A DNA stretch of 63,884 nt, filler included, from a bacterium (GTDB taxonomy: Bacteria; UBA9089; CG2-30-40-21; SBAY01), in NCBI GenBank assembly GCA_040757115.1. It is 10 parts of 10 records of this genome, joined end to end, with 100 filler letters (N's around TTAATTAATTAA, not from the genome) between each part and the next. Parts side by side here need not be neighbours in the genome. Positions count along the whole stretch, not along the records: positions 44,333 to 48,509 come from JBFLYA010000299.1; positions 48,610 to 52,755 come from JBFLYA010000300.1; positions 52,856 to 56,996 come from JBFLYA010000301.1; 7 more parts are not named here. One strand, written 5' to 3'. The stretch's first letter is position 1, and each line of letters begins with the position of its first letter. The translations under genes were made by a program, and so were the position numbers. The notes under the pieces are model-generated. The model searched no databases, was not told where the DNA came from, and saw only the letters and a list, made by a program, of their open reading frames with translations. This document shows positions 45,832-55,710 of the stretch, one piece after another.

Positions 45832-45869
45832 GATACATCCCTCCTTTAGATAAAGTTTTTATGTTTAAT

Positions 45870-47579
45870 TTAATCGTCATCATTCTCTTGTTGTGTTGTA
45901 ACATTTTTTAAACATCTCATCAGTTCTTCTTTAATACATTCGTTTTTTGGTTCCTTTAATGCCTCCTCTAATAATTTAATTACTCTCTCATCCTTAAACT
46001 TACTTAATCCAAAAACAGCTATAAACCTTCTAGTTCCAAAATCTGTTTCATTTTTAAAGGCTTCTATAAGCGGTTCAATAGCCCTTTTACTCCCTGTTTT
46101 GCCTAAAGCCTTTGCTGCACGCCTTACTACCAATCCATCTTCATCTTTCAACTTTTCAATCAGTGCATCTACTATTTTTTCATCATGTACGCCATGCTCC
46201 CATAAATTTCCTAATGCTTCAGCAGCACCTATCTTTATCAATGGTTCTACTGCTCTTGCATCACCTAACGCACCTATTATACCTATTGCATAGCTACCGA
46301 CACCTTTTTCGTCAAACATCTTAATTAATGGTTCCACCATACTCCTATCACCTGTCCGTTCTCCTAATTGTGAAAGTGACCCAGCAGCACATGCTCTACA
46401 CCTCATATTCTCATTTTTATCCTCTAATATCTTTATCAATACCTTTATTGTCTCTTTATTCCCTACATATCCTACTGCATTTATTATATTCGAGCGTACC
46501 TCAACATTCTTTGTAGTCTCCAGTAGTTTAACTAAAGGTTCAGGACGAACTGATTCACTCTTACCTAAGTCATGTACTATTTGTCCTCGAACTACCCCAT
46601 CATCTTCTTCATCACCTACTACCTCCAATAAAGGTTTAACTGCTTCATTATCTTTTGTACCATACACAACCATTCCTTCCGGGTCAACTCGTGAAGACCC
46701 ATATATACCATATATAATTATCTCTGCCAGGTCAACTCGTAAAGCCCGATTTCTCTTCTTGTCCTTTATCACCTCTATCATCGTTGGTACTCCGGGTTTG
46801 CCTATATGCTCAAGATCCGTTCTACCTCCATATGTAAAAATAGCCTTCCCCCACGAATCCCCTTTCCCCGCCCATACTTTTTCCATCCTATCTACAATCT
46901 TTAACACCTTCTTTCTCATCTTTTTCTGTTCACCCTCTAATTTCAATACGCCTTTTTTACCAAATTCATCTTCTAATACCCGAGCTACCTCTAATCGAAC
47001 TACGATATCATCCCTTCTATCCTTGACTATCTCCATCAATGGCTTAATCATCCTTTCATCTTTTATCTCCTCAGTTATCATGAGGTTAATAACAAATTCT
47101 CGAAATTTCCATAGTCTTTTTTTATCCTTTAGTACCTTGATTAATGTAGGTACCGCTTGATGTCCCATATCCCTCATTTCCTTTACCATCTTATCTAATT
47201 CTTCCTGTGTGGGATAGTGTTTTTGTGCCTCTTCCATTTTTTCTTCTGATGCAAACTCTTCTGGTCGAAAATCACAACATCTTTCTATCCTCTCCACAAT
47301 CTCCAATATCCTCTTCTCAATCCTTTTCTTCTCTTTTTTAGAAAGTTCAGGTTTAGTCTGATTAGTTTCTTTCTTCGGTTGTATTTTAGCTTGTTCTTTA
47401 GCCTCTACTTTTTGTTCTTTACTCTCTACTTGTAACTCATTGCTCTTCGCTCTGTACCCTTTGCCTTGCTGTCCACAGCTAAAAAGCATACAGACCAACA
47501 ATACCAATAATCCACTAAAGAGTAAATATAACCGCTTACTGATTACTAATTCCATGATATTACCATTATACTCCTTCAT
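45870..47579 (-). CDS. HEAT-repeat lipoprotein
   Basis: Lipobox-like LFSC; repeated ALG..G..RAVEPLI..L.D....VR motifs. Confidence 0.85.
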   Translation of the reverse strand: MKEYNGNIMELVISKRLYLLFSGLLVLLVCMLFSCGQQGKGYRAKSNELQVESKEQKVEAKEQAKIQPKKETNQTKPELSKKEKKRIEKRILEIVERIERCCDFRPEEFASEEKMEEAQKHYPTQEELDKMVKEMRDMGHQAVPTLIKVLKDKKRLWKFREFVINLMITEEIKDERMIKPLMEIVKDRRDDIVVRLEVARVLEDEFGKKGVLKLEGEQKKMRKKVLKIVDRMEKVWAGKGDSWGKAIFTYGGRTDLEHIGKPGVPTMIEVIKDKKRNRALRVDLAEIIIYGIYGSSRVDPEGMVVYGTKDNEAVKPLLEVVGDEEDDGVVRGQIVHDLGKSESVRPEPLVKLLETTKNVEVRSNIINAVGYVGNKETIKVLIKILEDKNENMRCRACAAGSLSQLGERTGDRSMVEPLIKMFDEKGVGSYAIGIIGALGDARAVEPLIKIGAAEALGNLWEHGVHDEKIVDALIEKLKDEDGLVVRRAAKALGKTGSKRAIEPLIEAFKNETDFGTRRFIAVFGLSKFKDERVIKLLEEALKEPKNECIKEELMRCLKNVTTQQENDDD

Positions 47580-47700
47580 CTAAATCAAGTCAAGTAATTT
47601 TTGTATTCACCAGCAATTCTCGGTGAAAAAATTCGCAACTCTTTTATTTTCAATGTTTCCTACAACAGATTGTCGCGAAAAATAATTTTGTAGTTATGGG

Positions 47701-48312
47701 CTAAGTCAAGAAGTAACAATAAATATATGTTTCCTGCTCTGTTAATGGATTACCAGCTAAATCCTTTACCCCCGATTCACCACCTTTGACTAAAATAGTA
47801 TAATTAGTGCCAATATTTAGTGGTTGTGTTGGTGTAAAAAATGCACTTCTGATGTCCGGGTTATAGCTTACAGAACCAACAACAGCACCATTATTAAGTA
47901 GAATTGTATTCTCATTAATTGTCTCTGTCCCCATCTCCTCTGAGAAGGTAATGCGGATGCGATTACCAAGATAAACCTTGGTTTGGCCATTAGCCGGTTT
48001 AGTGTTGGCTACCTGTGGTGGTGTGTGGTCGATGATAACAAAAAAGCCGTCAGTAATATCATAAGAATTACCAATTACAAATTTTTCCCCTTCACCCATA
48101 TTTCCTGCACGATCATATACTCGAGCGTAGGCCCGCCACATAGGATATTGAGGAATACTACTGACATCCCAATTACAACTATATTCTTCCAGTATCCCTT
48201 CATCATCTTTATCTTCATCTTTTTTATCAATTAAGTTAATTAATATTTGGTCAGTATAATAGAATTCTACTCGATCAATTCCAGAACCACTTGCTCCATC
48301 CATTACCTTCAC
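47701..48312 (-). pseudogene. Fragmentary paralogue of the 44333-45831 Ig/Big_5 region, lacking both the N-terminal domain and the last strand
   Basis: 47743-48030 is near-identical to 44426-44712. There is an in-frame TAA ~30 codons upstream and no signal peptide, and similarity stops abruptly after DLAGNPL. Confidence 0.6.
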
Positions 48313-48844
48313 TTTAATCTCAATTGCTCCTGTGACTTTACTCCAAGGAAATATCTCTAGAAGGGGCTTTCCATCTTTATACCCTAAATTCCCGAAAAGT
48401 TATAACTATGGGGAGAGATTTGATACATCGATGTCAAAAGAATTATATATATCTTTAACCTTTTTTGAGATTTCATTGATTATATTTAGTCCATTACCAA
48501 ATTGCGTAANNNNNNNNNNNNNNNNNNNNNNNNNNNNNNNNNNNNNNNNNNNNTTAATTAATTAANNNNNNNNNNNNNNNNNNNNNNNNNNNNNNNNNNN
48601 NNNNNNNNNATTTTTGATTTTTAATATTTAATATTTGATTTTTTTTATTGCCTTACAAGTATTTTTGCATTTTGCTTTGTCCTTTTGATTTGGACATTTT
48701 GATATTTGCATTAAACTCCTTGTGGAATATTTCGCATCGGTATCCTATTGTTTAACAAAGAGTTACTTTTCAAATCAACGCAATTTGGAACATGCTCTGT
48801 GGTTAGTTTTTGACAATACCGTTAAATAAAAGGGGGATGAAAAA

Positions 48845-49387
48845 ATGCCAATTGTCAAGAGTCAAGAAGCAGAAAATTATGGTATCAGGGTTACAGCTAC
48901 ATTGATGTGCACGGCGGCGAGAACTGCTCCAAAGGCAAAAGGTGTTGATAACATTGTTAGTTGTTTAGTCGATAAGCAAGAAAAACAAAATGTAGTGGAA
49001 ACTATGCGCCAAATTGCAAAGGATTTTAATAATGATACCTTTGCCAGAGATGCAGATTCGGTTGAAAAAGCCCATATTTTAGTTTTGATTGGAACTAAAA
49101 TTAGCCCGGTTAATTTAAAATTATGCGGTTTATGTGGATTCAAAAACTGTGTAGAATGTGTTGAAAAAAATGGAATATGTATTTTCAACCCTGGAGATTT
49201 AGGTATCGCCGTTGGTTCTGCCGTAGCCATAGCTGCTGATAATCGCATCGATAATCGGATAATGTATACCGCTGGTTTTGCCGCAGTTAAATTAAATTTA
49301 TTAGGCAAAGAGGTAAAAATAGCTTATGGAATTCCATTAAGTGCTACGGCAAAAAATATCTTCTTTGATAGGAAACAAAGTGATTAA
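48845..49387 (+). CDS. DUF2148 ferredoxin-domain protein
   Basis: AARTAPKAKG.D, CGLCGFKNC and DLGIAVGSA...DNRIMY. Confidence 0.88.
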   Translation: MPIVKSQEAENYGIRVTATLMCTAARTAPKAKGVDNIVSCLVDKQEKQNVVETMRQIAKDFNNDTFARDADSVEKAHILVLIGTKISPVNLKLCGLCGFKNCVECVEKNGICIFNPGDLGIAVGSAVAIAADNRIDNRIMYTAGFAAVKLNLLGKEVKIAYGIPLSATAKNIFFDRKQSD

Positions 49388-50471
49388 TCTAACAAAACTT
49401 AGTCGTGCTTCGGAAAACATCATTTCAGAAATGGTTGTTGGTGATAAGCCAATAGTCGTCTGGAATATGACCCGACAATGTAATTTATCCTGTCGGCATT
49501 GTTATATTTCTGCCCGTGATAAAAAGTCAATGACAGAACTGACAACGGATGAGGCAAAGAGATTTATCTATGATTTAGCCAGTCTTAATGTGCCGGTGCT
49601 TCTTTTTAGTGGTGGAGAGCCACTTTTACGAAAGGATATTTTTGAACTGGGTGAATTTGCCGCTAATTTGGGCATTCGATCGGTTATTTCATCTAATGGA
49701 ACATTAATTTCCTCCAGTATAGCACTTTCAATAAAAAATGCTGGTTTTGAATATGTGGGTATCAGTATCGATGGACTTGCGGATGTCCATAATGAATTTC
49801 GAGGAATAAAAAATGGTTTTCAACTATCATTTGAAGGAATCCATAATTGTCAGGAGGCAAAATTACACACCGGAATAAGATTTACAGTTAATAAACATAA
49901 TTTTGAAGATCTACCCGCATTGCTTGATTTAGCCGCAAAAGAATCTATCCCAAGATTCTGCCTCTACCATTTAGTTTATACAGGTAAAGGCAAAGAAATG
50001 ATTCAGGATGATTTAGACCTTAACACTAAGATAAACCTGATTAATTTTTTGATTTTTAGAGCCACCACAATCTCAAATATGGAAATACTCACAGTTGATA
50101 ATCCAGCAGATGGAATTTATTTCTACATCCAGGAAAAAGAACCTCATAAAAAAGCCTTGATAGAAACCTTGCTTAAAATGGCAGGAGGATGTTCTGCTGG
50201 ACAAAAGATTGCTAATATCTCCCCGGAAGGTGAAATTTATCCCTGTCAATTCTGGCAGGATTTGTCATTAGGAAATGTCCGCAAGACGCCATTTTCTCAA
50301 ATCTGGCAAAAAAATCTAAATATGTGTTCACAGATAAAAACGAGATTAAAAGGTAAATGCGGTCAATGTTCATATAAAGATTTATGTGGTGGGTGTAGGG
50401 TTAGGGCAAAGATAATTTATGGTGATTATTTAGCCGAGGACCCAGCCTGTTACATTGATGGAAAAAGGTAA
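49380..50471 (+). CDS. Radical SAM/SPASM protein, AhbC/NirJ1-like (siroheme-dependent heme route)
   Basis: KPIVVWNMTRQCNLSCRHCY, LLFSGGEPLLR, RFCLYHLVYTG, LTVDN.ADG and the SPASM CGQC....LCGGCR...EDPAC. Likely GTG start at 49380. Confidence 0.85.
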   Translation: MINLTKLSRASENIISEMVVGDKPIVVWNMTRQCNLSCRHCYISARDKKSMTELTTDEAKRFIYDLASLNVPVLLFSGGEPLLRKDIFELGEFAANLGIRSVISSNGTLISSSIALSIKNAGFEYVGISIDGLADVHNEFRGIKNGFQLSFEGIHNCQEAKLHTGIRFTVNKHNFEDLPALLDLAAKESIPRFCLYHLVYTGKGKEMIQDDLDLNTKINLINFLIFRATTISNMEILTVDNPADGIYFYIQEKEPHKKALIETLLKMAGGCSAGQKIANISPEGEIYPCQFWQDLSLGNVRKTPFSQIWQKNLNMCSQIKTRLKGKCGQCSYKDLCGGCRVRAKIIYGDYLAEDPACYIDGKR

Positions 50472-50719
50472 CTATTCACCGCAGAGACGCAGAGAAACAG
50501 AGAAAACATAGGAATAAATCAGATAACAGAAAAGATTAGGTAATACATAAGACATCAAAACCAAATTTGTTAATCAATCATGATATGTCGGTTCTCAAAA
50601 GCTTGCTCTGATGAAAATCAGGAGCTTGCCCTCATGAAAATCAGGGATGGAATGAAGTATATGGTAAATAGTTTTTTATTTTTTCTCTGCGTCTCTGTGT
50701 CTCTGCGGTGAACGGTTAC
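50468..50719. mobile_element. IS66-like-ended MITE (GCAGAGAC arms, decayed GxxExxY)
   Basis: GTAACTATTCACCGCAGAGAC ... GTCTCTGCGGTGAACGGTTAC; shares AATAAATCAGATAACAGAAAAGATTA with the 40148 copy. Confidence 0.8.
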
Positions 50720-50780
50720 CTTCCGGGTTATAAGATTCCACGAAATTAAAGGTTAAATAATTGGTAAAAAAGGAGATAAA

Positions 50781-51356
50781 ATGGAGATAGAAGGGAATAT
50801 AATTTCACTATTACTTAAAACTGGTGGACTTCTTCGTGGGCATTTCTTGCTTTCATCAGGATTGCATAGCCCCCAATACTTGCAATGTGCACTTGTCCTC
50901 CAACATCCTAAACGGGCAGAATATTTAGGTAAAGAATTAGCTAAAAAATTCAATAAAAAAGATATAGATGTTGTCATAGGACCTGCCTTAGGGGGAATAA
51001 TTGTTGCTCATGAGGTTGCCCGGGCATTAGGGACAAAGGCACTTTTTGCCGAACGGGTTGAAGATAAAATGCAACTTCGACGCGGATTTAAAATAAATTA
51101 TGGAGAAAAAGTGTTAGTCGTCGAAGATGTAATTACTACTGCCGGCTCGGTAAAAGAGGTAATGGAATTAGTTAAAGAGTTGAATGGCATAGTTGTTGGT
51201 GTAGGAGCGTTAATTGATAGAAGTCAAGGGAAACTAGATTTAGGTATTCCACTAAAAACATTAGCTAAACTAAATATCGAGACTTATTCCAGAGAAACCT
51301 GCCCATTATGCAAACAACAATTACCATTAGTCAAACCAGGCAGTAGAGAAATATAG
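50781..51356 (+). CDS. pyrE: Orotate phosphoribosyltransferase
   Basis: GHFLLSSGLHS..YLQC, VLVVEDVITTAGS and C-terminal CPLC...KPGSR. Confidence 0.95.
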   Translation: MEIEGNIISLLLKTGGLLRGHFLLSSGLHSPQYLQCALVLQHPKRAEYLGKELAKKFNKKDIDVVIGPALGGIIVAHEVARALGTKALFAERVEDKMQLRRGFKINYGEKVLVVEDVITTAGSVKEVMELVKELNGIVVGVGALIDRSQGKLDLGIPLKTLAKLNIETYSRETCPLCKQQLPLVKPGSREI

Positions 51357-51360
51357 CCCA

Positions 51361-51541
51361 TAGTGTCGTGTTGAACAAATAACGCACGGAATTTGATTCT
51401 GGTAACTGGTGATTGGTAACTGGTAATTAAATACCGTTTGGCTGATCTCAGGACGAAACTATTTAACCAGTTACCAATTATCCGTTTGCAGGTTATGAAA
51501 TCTGATGATACGCCGTACAAAACTTACTCAACACCACAATA
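51361..51541. mobile_element. Possible TA-flanked MITE with CTGGTAA/TTACCAG heptamer arms
   Basis: Imperfect TIR TAGTGTCGTGTTGAACAAAT ... ACTTACTCAACACCACAATA. Single copy in this window. Confidence 0.5.
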
Positions 51542-51591
51542 AAGGGTCAGGGTGAGGGGAAAAGAAGATGTTTTATCCACAATTTCAAGCG

Positions 51592-52275
51592 TCACAGAGG
51601 ACTAATATCTTCATTCATTACCTCCAATGTTTCCCCAACAAGCCTTTCACATTGGGCAATTATCACCGATAGATATTCTTTAGTCTCATCATCCTTTGCC
51701 ATATCTTGCAGTAATTGGGCATACCCTTTAATAATCGTTACCGGTGTTCTTATCTCGAAAGAGAGTTTTTTTGTCCAATTCTTCTTGAATTTAGAAAGGG
51801 CATGAATCTCTTCCAGGAGTTTTCCGTTTTCTTTAGCCGTTATTTCATTTATTTCCTTTAGTTTTCTAATGGTCTCATTTAATTGAGCCTCTTCTCTTTT
51901 TACCACCTCTTGTTTCTTAAGAATGTTTTTTGTTACCTTCTCTAATTTTTCAAGTTCCACTGGCTTTTGGATATAATCAACCGCACCAAGTCTCATAGCA
52001 GAGATGGCGGTATCAAGAGAGCTATACGCAGTAACGATTATTGCCTCTGTATGGGGGCTTACCTCTTTCAATTGCTTTAAGAAATCTATCCCATTCATCT
52101 GTGGCATCATTATATCGATAAAGGCTATGTTGAAATTCGTCTTTTCCAGTATTTTTAGTGCCTCTTTTCCATTTTTTGCGATTTCAGTTTTAAAGCCACA
52201 AGAAACAAAATATCTGCTAAGGATTTCAGCTATATCTTCATCATCCTCACAGATTAAAAGATTAACATCATTCAT
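51592..52275 (-). CDS. Response regulator receiver fused to a degenerate HisKA-like domain
   Basis: ICEDD, FIDIMMPQMNG, IIVTAY, DYIQKP; C-terminal LSFEIRTPVTIIKGYAQLL. Confidence 0.85.
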   Translation of the reverse strand: MNDVNLLICEDDEDIAEILSRYFVSCGFKTEIAKNGKEALKILEKTNFNIAFIDIMMPQMNGIDFLKQLKEVSPHTEAIIVTAYSSLDTAISAMRLGAVDYIQKPVELEKLEKVTKNILKKQEVVKREEAQLNETIRKLKEINEITAKENGKLLEEIHALSKFKKNWTKKLSFEIRTPVTIIKGYAQLLQDMAKDDETKEYLSVIIAQCERLVGETLEVMNEDISPL

Positions 52276-52501
52276 TTTATTTTCCTCCTTGGTAAACGGT
52301 CAGGGAATGCTGAAATTATAAATCAAGTCTTCACTCTTTGGTACAGTTGATAAACGCGTTCAATTTGGGGCAAGTTTATCAATTATCACTTTAAGTTCTG
52401 AGACATCAGCAGAATCTACAGATTTTATAATATCATCTGCTTATGTTTGTATTTTATAACAAATTTGTTTTTTTGTCAAGTGGAATCTTCAAAATTAAAA
52501 T

Positions 52502-52755
52502 GTAACCGTTCAGGTGGTAATTTACCGCAGAGACGCAGAGAAACAGAGAGGAAAATATCTTTTTTTTCGCGTTTTTCGGTGTTTAAAAAGGCGTAACCGT
52601 TCAGGCTATATATCAAAAGTGTAAGAAAGGGGATATGGAGATAAGATAATAGAAATAGATTGAAATTTATAGAAATAGGTAGAAATTGATTGTGGAAAAC
52701 AACAAATTTCCATAAATTTCTATTAGTTTCTATTAATTTCAATTTTTTTAATAAT
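52502..52755. mobile_element. Two adjacent IS66-like-ended MITE pieces (52502 GCAGAGAC type; 52593 high-copy type, cut by gap)
   Basis: GTAACCGTTCAGGTGGTAATTTACCGCAGAGAC matches 40148. GTAACCGTTCAGGCTATATATC is the reverse complement of the 57206 end. Confidence 0.8.
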
Positions 52756-52855
52756 NNNNNNNNNNNNNNNNNNNNNNNNNNNNNNNNNNNNNNNNNNNNT
52801 TAATTAATTAANNNNNNNNNNNNNNNNNNNNNNNNNNNNNNNNNNNNNNNNNNNN

Positions 52856-52997
52856 AGGCACGCCGATGCTTGGGTTTTTGGGAGATTTTTTAGTCAACTT
52901 TGAGATTCCTGACTACTGGGGCATTGGCAAATCAGTGTCACGCGGGTTTGGAACAATGGTAAGGCAGAAAACAGACAAAGAGGAAAGAGGTGAATGA
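52856..52997 (+). CDS. cas6: Cas6 C-terminal fragment (5' end in gap)
   Basis: GTPMLGFLGDFLVNFEIPDYWGIGKSVSRGFGT contains the Cas6 glycine-rich loop; stop overlaps the ATG at 52994. Confidence 0.8.
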
Positions 52998-53371
52998 AAA
53001 AACGAATGAAGGAAACTAATCCAAAGGCAATCTTTAATCCAATTCTATTCTGGGATACACAGGACATAGACATTGAGAAAAACGCAGGTTATATTATTAG
53101 CCGAGTACTAGACTTTGGTGATGAGAAGGGCATTAAAATATTAAGAACTATCTACCCGGATGAAAAACTTATTGAGGTTATTAAAAAAAGACGGGGATTG
53201 ATGCCTCAAACTGCAAAGTTCTGGGCGGTTTATTTCAATATCCCGAAAGAGGAGATAACATGTTTGAAAATGTATTGCCCGAAAAACAGCATTGAGTTAA
53301 TTACTAATATTTCATCCAAACTCAATGATTTTTACTTAGCTGGTGGAACAGGTCTTGCACTCCAACTTTGA
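52994..53371 (+). CDS. DUF6922-like protein running into a truncated AbiEii-type NTase N-terminus
   Basis: LFWD...IDIEKNAGYIISRVLDFGD. The tail FYLAGGTGLALQL is an AbiEii N-terminal motif; an out-of-frame start MFENVLP sits at ~53260. Confidence 0.7.
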   Translation: MKKRMKETNPKAIFNPILFWDTQDIDIEKNAGYIISRVLDFGDEKGIKILRTIYPDEKLIEVIKKRRGLMPQTAKFWAVYFNIPKEEITCLKMYCPKNSIELITNISSKLNDFYLAGGTGLALQL

Positions 53372-53391
53372 AGAAAAAGGAGAATAAGGAT

Positions 53392-53721
53392 ATGAATGAA
53401 AGGGATAAGTCATTGATATTAGATTTTAAAAGAGGTATTTCCCATGAGATTTCACAACATATTAGGCGACTGATTGTGTTTGGTTCAAGGGTTGAAGGAA
53501 AGGCAAAAGAAGACTCAGACCTTGACCTATTGGCGTTGGTAGATGAGAAAACCCCTGAGATTGAAAAGGAACTGGAGGATATTGCCTATCAGGTTATGTG
53601 GGATTATGACTTCAAACCTATCATATCCCTTAAAGTATTTGAGGAATCTTGTTTTTACAATGCACTTAAAAAAGGATTTTCTTTCTATCAATATGTTGAG
53701 AAAGAGGGGGTTCCTATATGA
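53392..53721 (+). CDS. Minimal nucleotidyltransferase (MNT antitoxin)
   Basis: VFGSRVEGKAKEDSDLDLL and C-terminal VEKEGVPI. Confidence 0.9.
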   Translation: MNERDKSLILDFKRGISHEISQHIRRLIVFGSRVEGKAKEDSDLDLLALVDEKTPEIEKELEDIAYQVMWDYDFKPIISLKVFEESCFYNALKKGFSFYQYVEKEGVPI

Positions 53722-54095
53722 CAGAGCAAGTAAAAAGGCTTATTGAGAAATCAGAACACGCAATTGAGGTAGCTGAAGAATTAATCAAAGACGGTTATCC
53801 ATCAGATGCGGCCAGTAAAATCTATTACTCTATGTTTTATGCCGCACAGGCTCTCTTGAAATCTGAAGGGATTGATGTGGTAAAGCATTCTGCAGTTGAG
53901 TCAGCTTTGGGATATTATTTTGCAAAGCCGGGCAGGATTGATTCTAAGTATCACAGGATGTTGATAAATGCAAGAAAGATTAGAGAAATTGCTGATTATG
54001 ATATTCAGGAAGAAATTGTAGAACCAACAGCATCACTTAAGATAGAGGAGGGTAAGACCTTCCTCTCTGCCATTAAACATCTTCTTGGAATTTAA
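53718..54095 (+). CDS. HEPN domain protein (MNT-HEPN pair)
   Basis: YYSMFYAAQALL, KHSAV and REIADY; ATGA-coupled to the MNT. Confidence 0.9.
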   Translation: MTEQVKRLIEKSEHAIEVAEELIKDGYPSDAASKIYYSMFYAAQALLKSEGIDVVKHSAVESALGYYFAKPGRIDSKYHRMLINARKIREIADYDIQEEIVEPTASLKIEEGKTFLSAIKHLLGI

Positions 54096-54212
54096 GGCAC
54101 GCCTATGCTCGGATTCTTAGGAGATTTTTCCGTCAACTTTGAGATTCCTGACTACTGGGGCATTGGTAAATCCGTCTCGCGTGGGTTTGGAACAGTAAAG
54201 CGAGTAGAATAA
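54095..54212 (+). pseudogene. cas6: Second, orphan copy of the cas6 3' end
   Basis: GTPMLGFLGDFSVNFEIPDYWGIGKSVSRGFGTVKRVE*; 88/100 nt identical to 52856-52955. Confidence 0.8.
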
Positions 54213-54214
54213 AT

Positions 54215-54312
54215 CTCTCGCAAAGGCGCAAAGGGACAAAAATTGATTAAAAATGGTATTACCCGGATTGTAAATAGATTATAATCTTTGCGGTCTTTGC
54301 GTCTTTGCGAGA
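54215..54312. mobile_element. Collapsed GxxExxY cassette with GCAAAG-type inverted arms
   Basis: TCTCGCAAAGGCGCAAAG ... CTTTGCGTCTTTGCGAGA enclosing LIKNGITRIVNRL*, a typical GxxExxY C-terminus. Confidence 0.7.
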
Positions 54313-54319
54313 AAATAAA

Positions 54320-55294
54320 ATGCAATTAGTCATCAATACCTACGGTTCTTATCTCCAAAAAAACGGTGATTGCTTTAAGGTCAAAAGGGATGACCAGACC
54401 TTTGAGGTCTCGGTTAAAAAGGTCTCGTCTATCCTCATTGCCACCGCCGCTTATATCACTACCGATGCCATTAAACTGGCAATGGACAACAATATTGACA
54501 TTGTTTTCCTTGATGAATTTGGTGACCCTTACGGTAGGGTATGGCACAGTAAGCTGGGCAGCACCACCTTAATCCGAAGAAGACAGATTGAGATTGCTGA
54601 GGTCGAAGAGGGACTATCCCTTGCCCTTTCCTGGGTTAAAAAGAAGTTTGAAAATCAGATAGACCTACTTAAAAGACTCAGGAACACACGAACACAGAAA
54701 TCAGCAGAGATCACCAGCTACATTGAGAAATTGGTGAATTGCCAAAAGACATTGGAGACCATTTCAGGGACAATTGAAGAAAGACGCGGGACAATTATGG
54801 GCATAGAAGGTAGTGGTGGCAGGATATACTTTGAGTGTCTAAGTTTTCTTGTCCCTGAACGCTATAAGTTTAACGGTCGCAGTAGAAACCCAGCTCAGGA
54901 TGAATTCAACGCCCTCTTAAACTATGCCTACGGTATTCTCTACGGAAAAGTAGAAAAAGCCTGTATCATCGCTGGGCTTGACCCTTATGTAGGGATTATC
55001 CATACCGATAATTATAACAAGAAGTCATTAGTCTTTGATTTAATAGAGCTTTTTCGAATATGGGCTGATGAAACGGTAATAAACCTTTTTGCCGCAAGGA
55101 AGGTAAAAGAGGGTTGTTTTGATAAACTAAAAAACGGCTTTACATTGAATAAAGAAGGGAAGACTTTGCTGATTGGGGAATTTAGTGCCTTTCTGGATGA
55201 GTCTATCCGATATGGAGGCAGGAATATCAAGCGTGAAAACATTATCCAATTTGAATGCCACCGGATAGCCAACGAATTGATAAAGGGAAAATAG
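54320..55294 (+). CDS. cas1: CRISPR-associated endonuclease Cas1
   Basis: MGIEGSGGRIYF, NALLNYAYGILY, GLDPYVGIIH and SLVFDLIELFR. Confidence 0.96.
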   Translation: MQLVINTYGSYLQKNGDCFKVKRDDQTFEVSVKKVSSILIATAAYITTDAIKLAMDNNIDIVFLDEFGDPYGRVWHSKLGSTTLIRRRQIEIAEVEEGLSLALSWVKKKFENQIDLLKRLRNTRTQKSAEITSYIEKLVNCQKTLETISGTIEERRGTIMGIEGSGGRIYFECLSFLVPERYKFNGRSRNPAQDEFNALLNYAYGILYGKVEKACIIAGLDPYVGIIHTDNYNKKSLVFDLIELFRIWADETVINLFAARKVKEGCFDKLKNGFTLNKEGKTLLIGEFSAFLDESIRYGGRNIKRENIIQFECHRIANELIKGK

Positions 55295-55331
55295 CCATAA
55301 TCCTGTGATTCACAGAAATAGGAGGTAGTAG

Positions 55332-55709
<378 letters not shown>

Positions 55710-55710
55710 A

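Noticed and set aside
48384-48509. Partial minus-strand frame TQFGNGLNIINEISKK...FSGI*
   Set aside because: Too short and cut by the gap; cannot tell a gene end from a frameshifted N-terminal part of the 47701 fragment.
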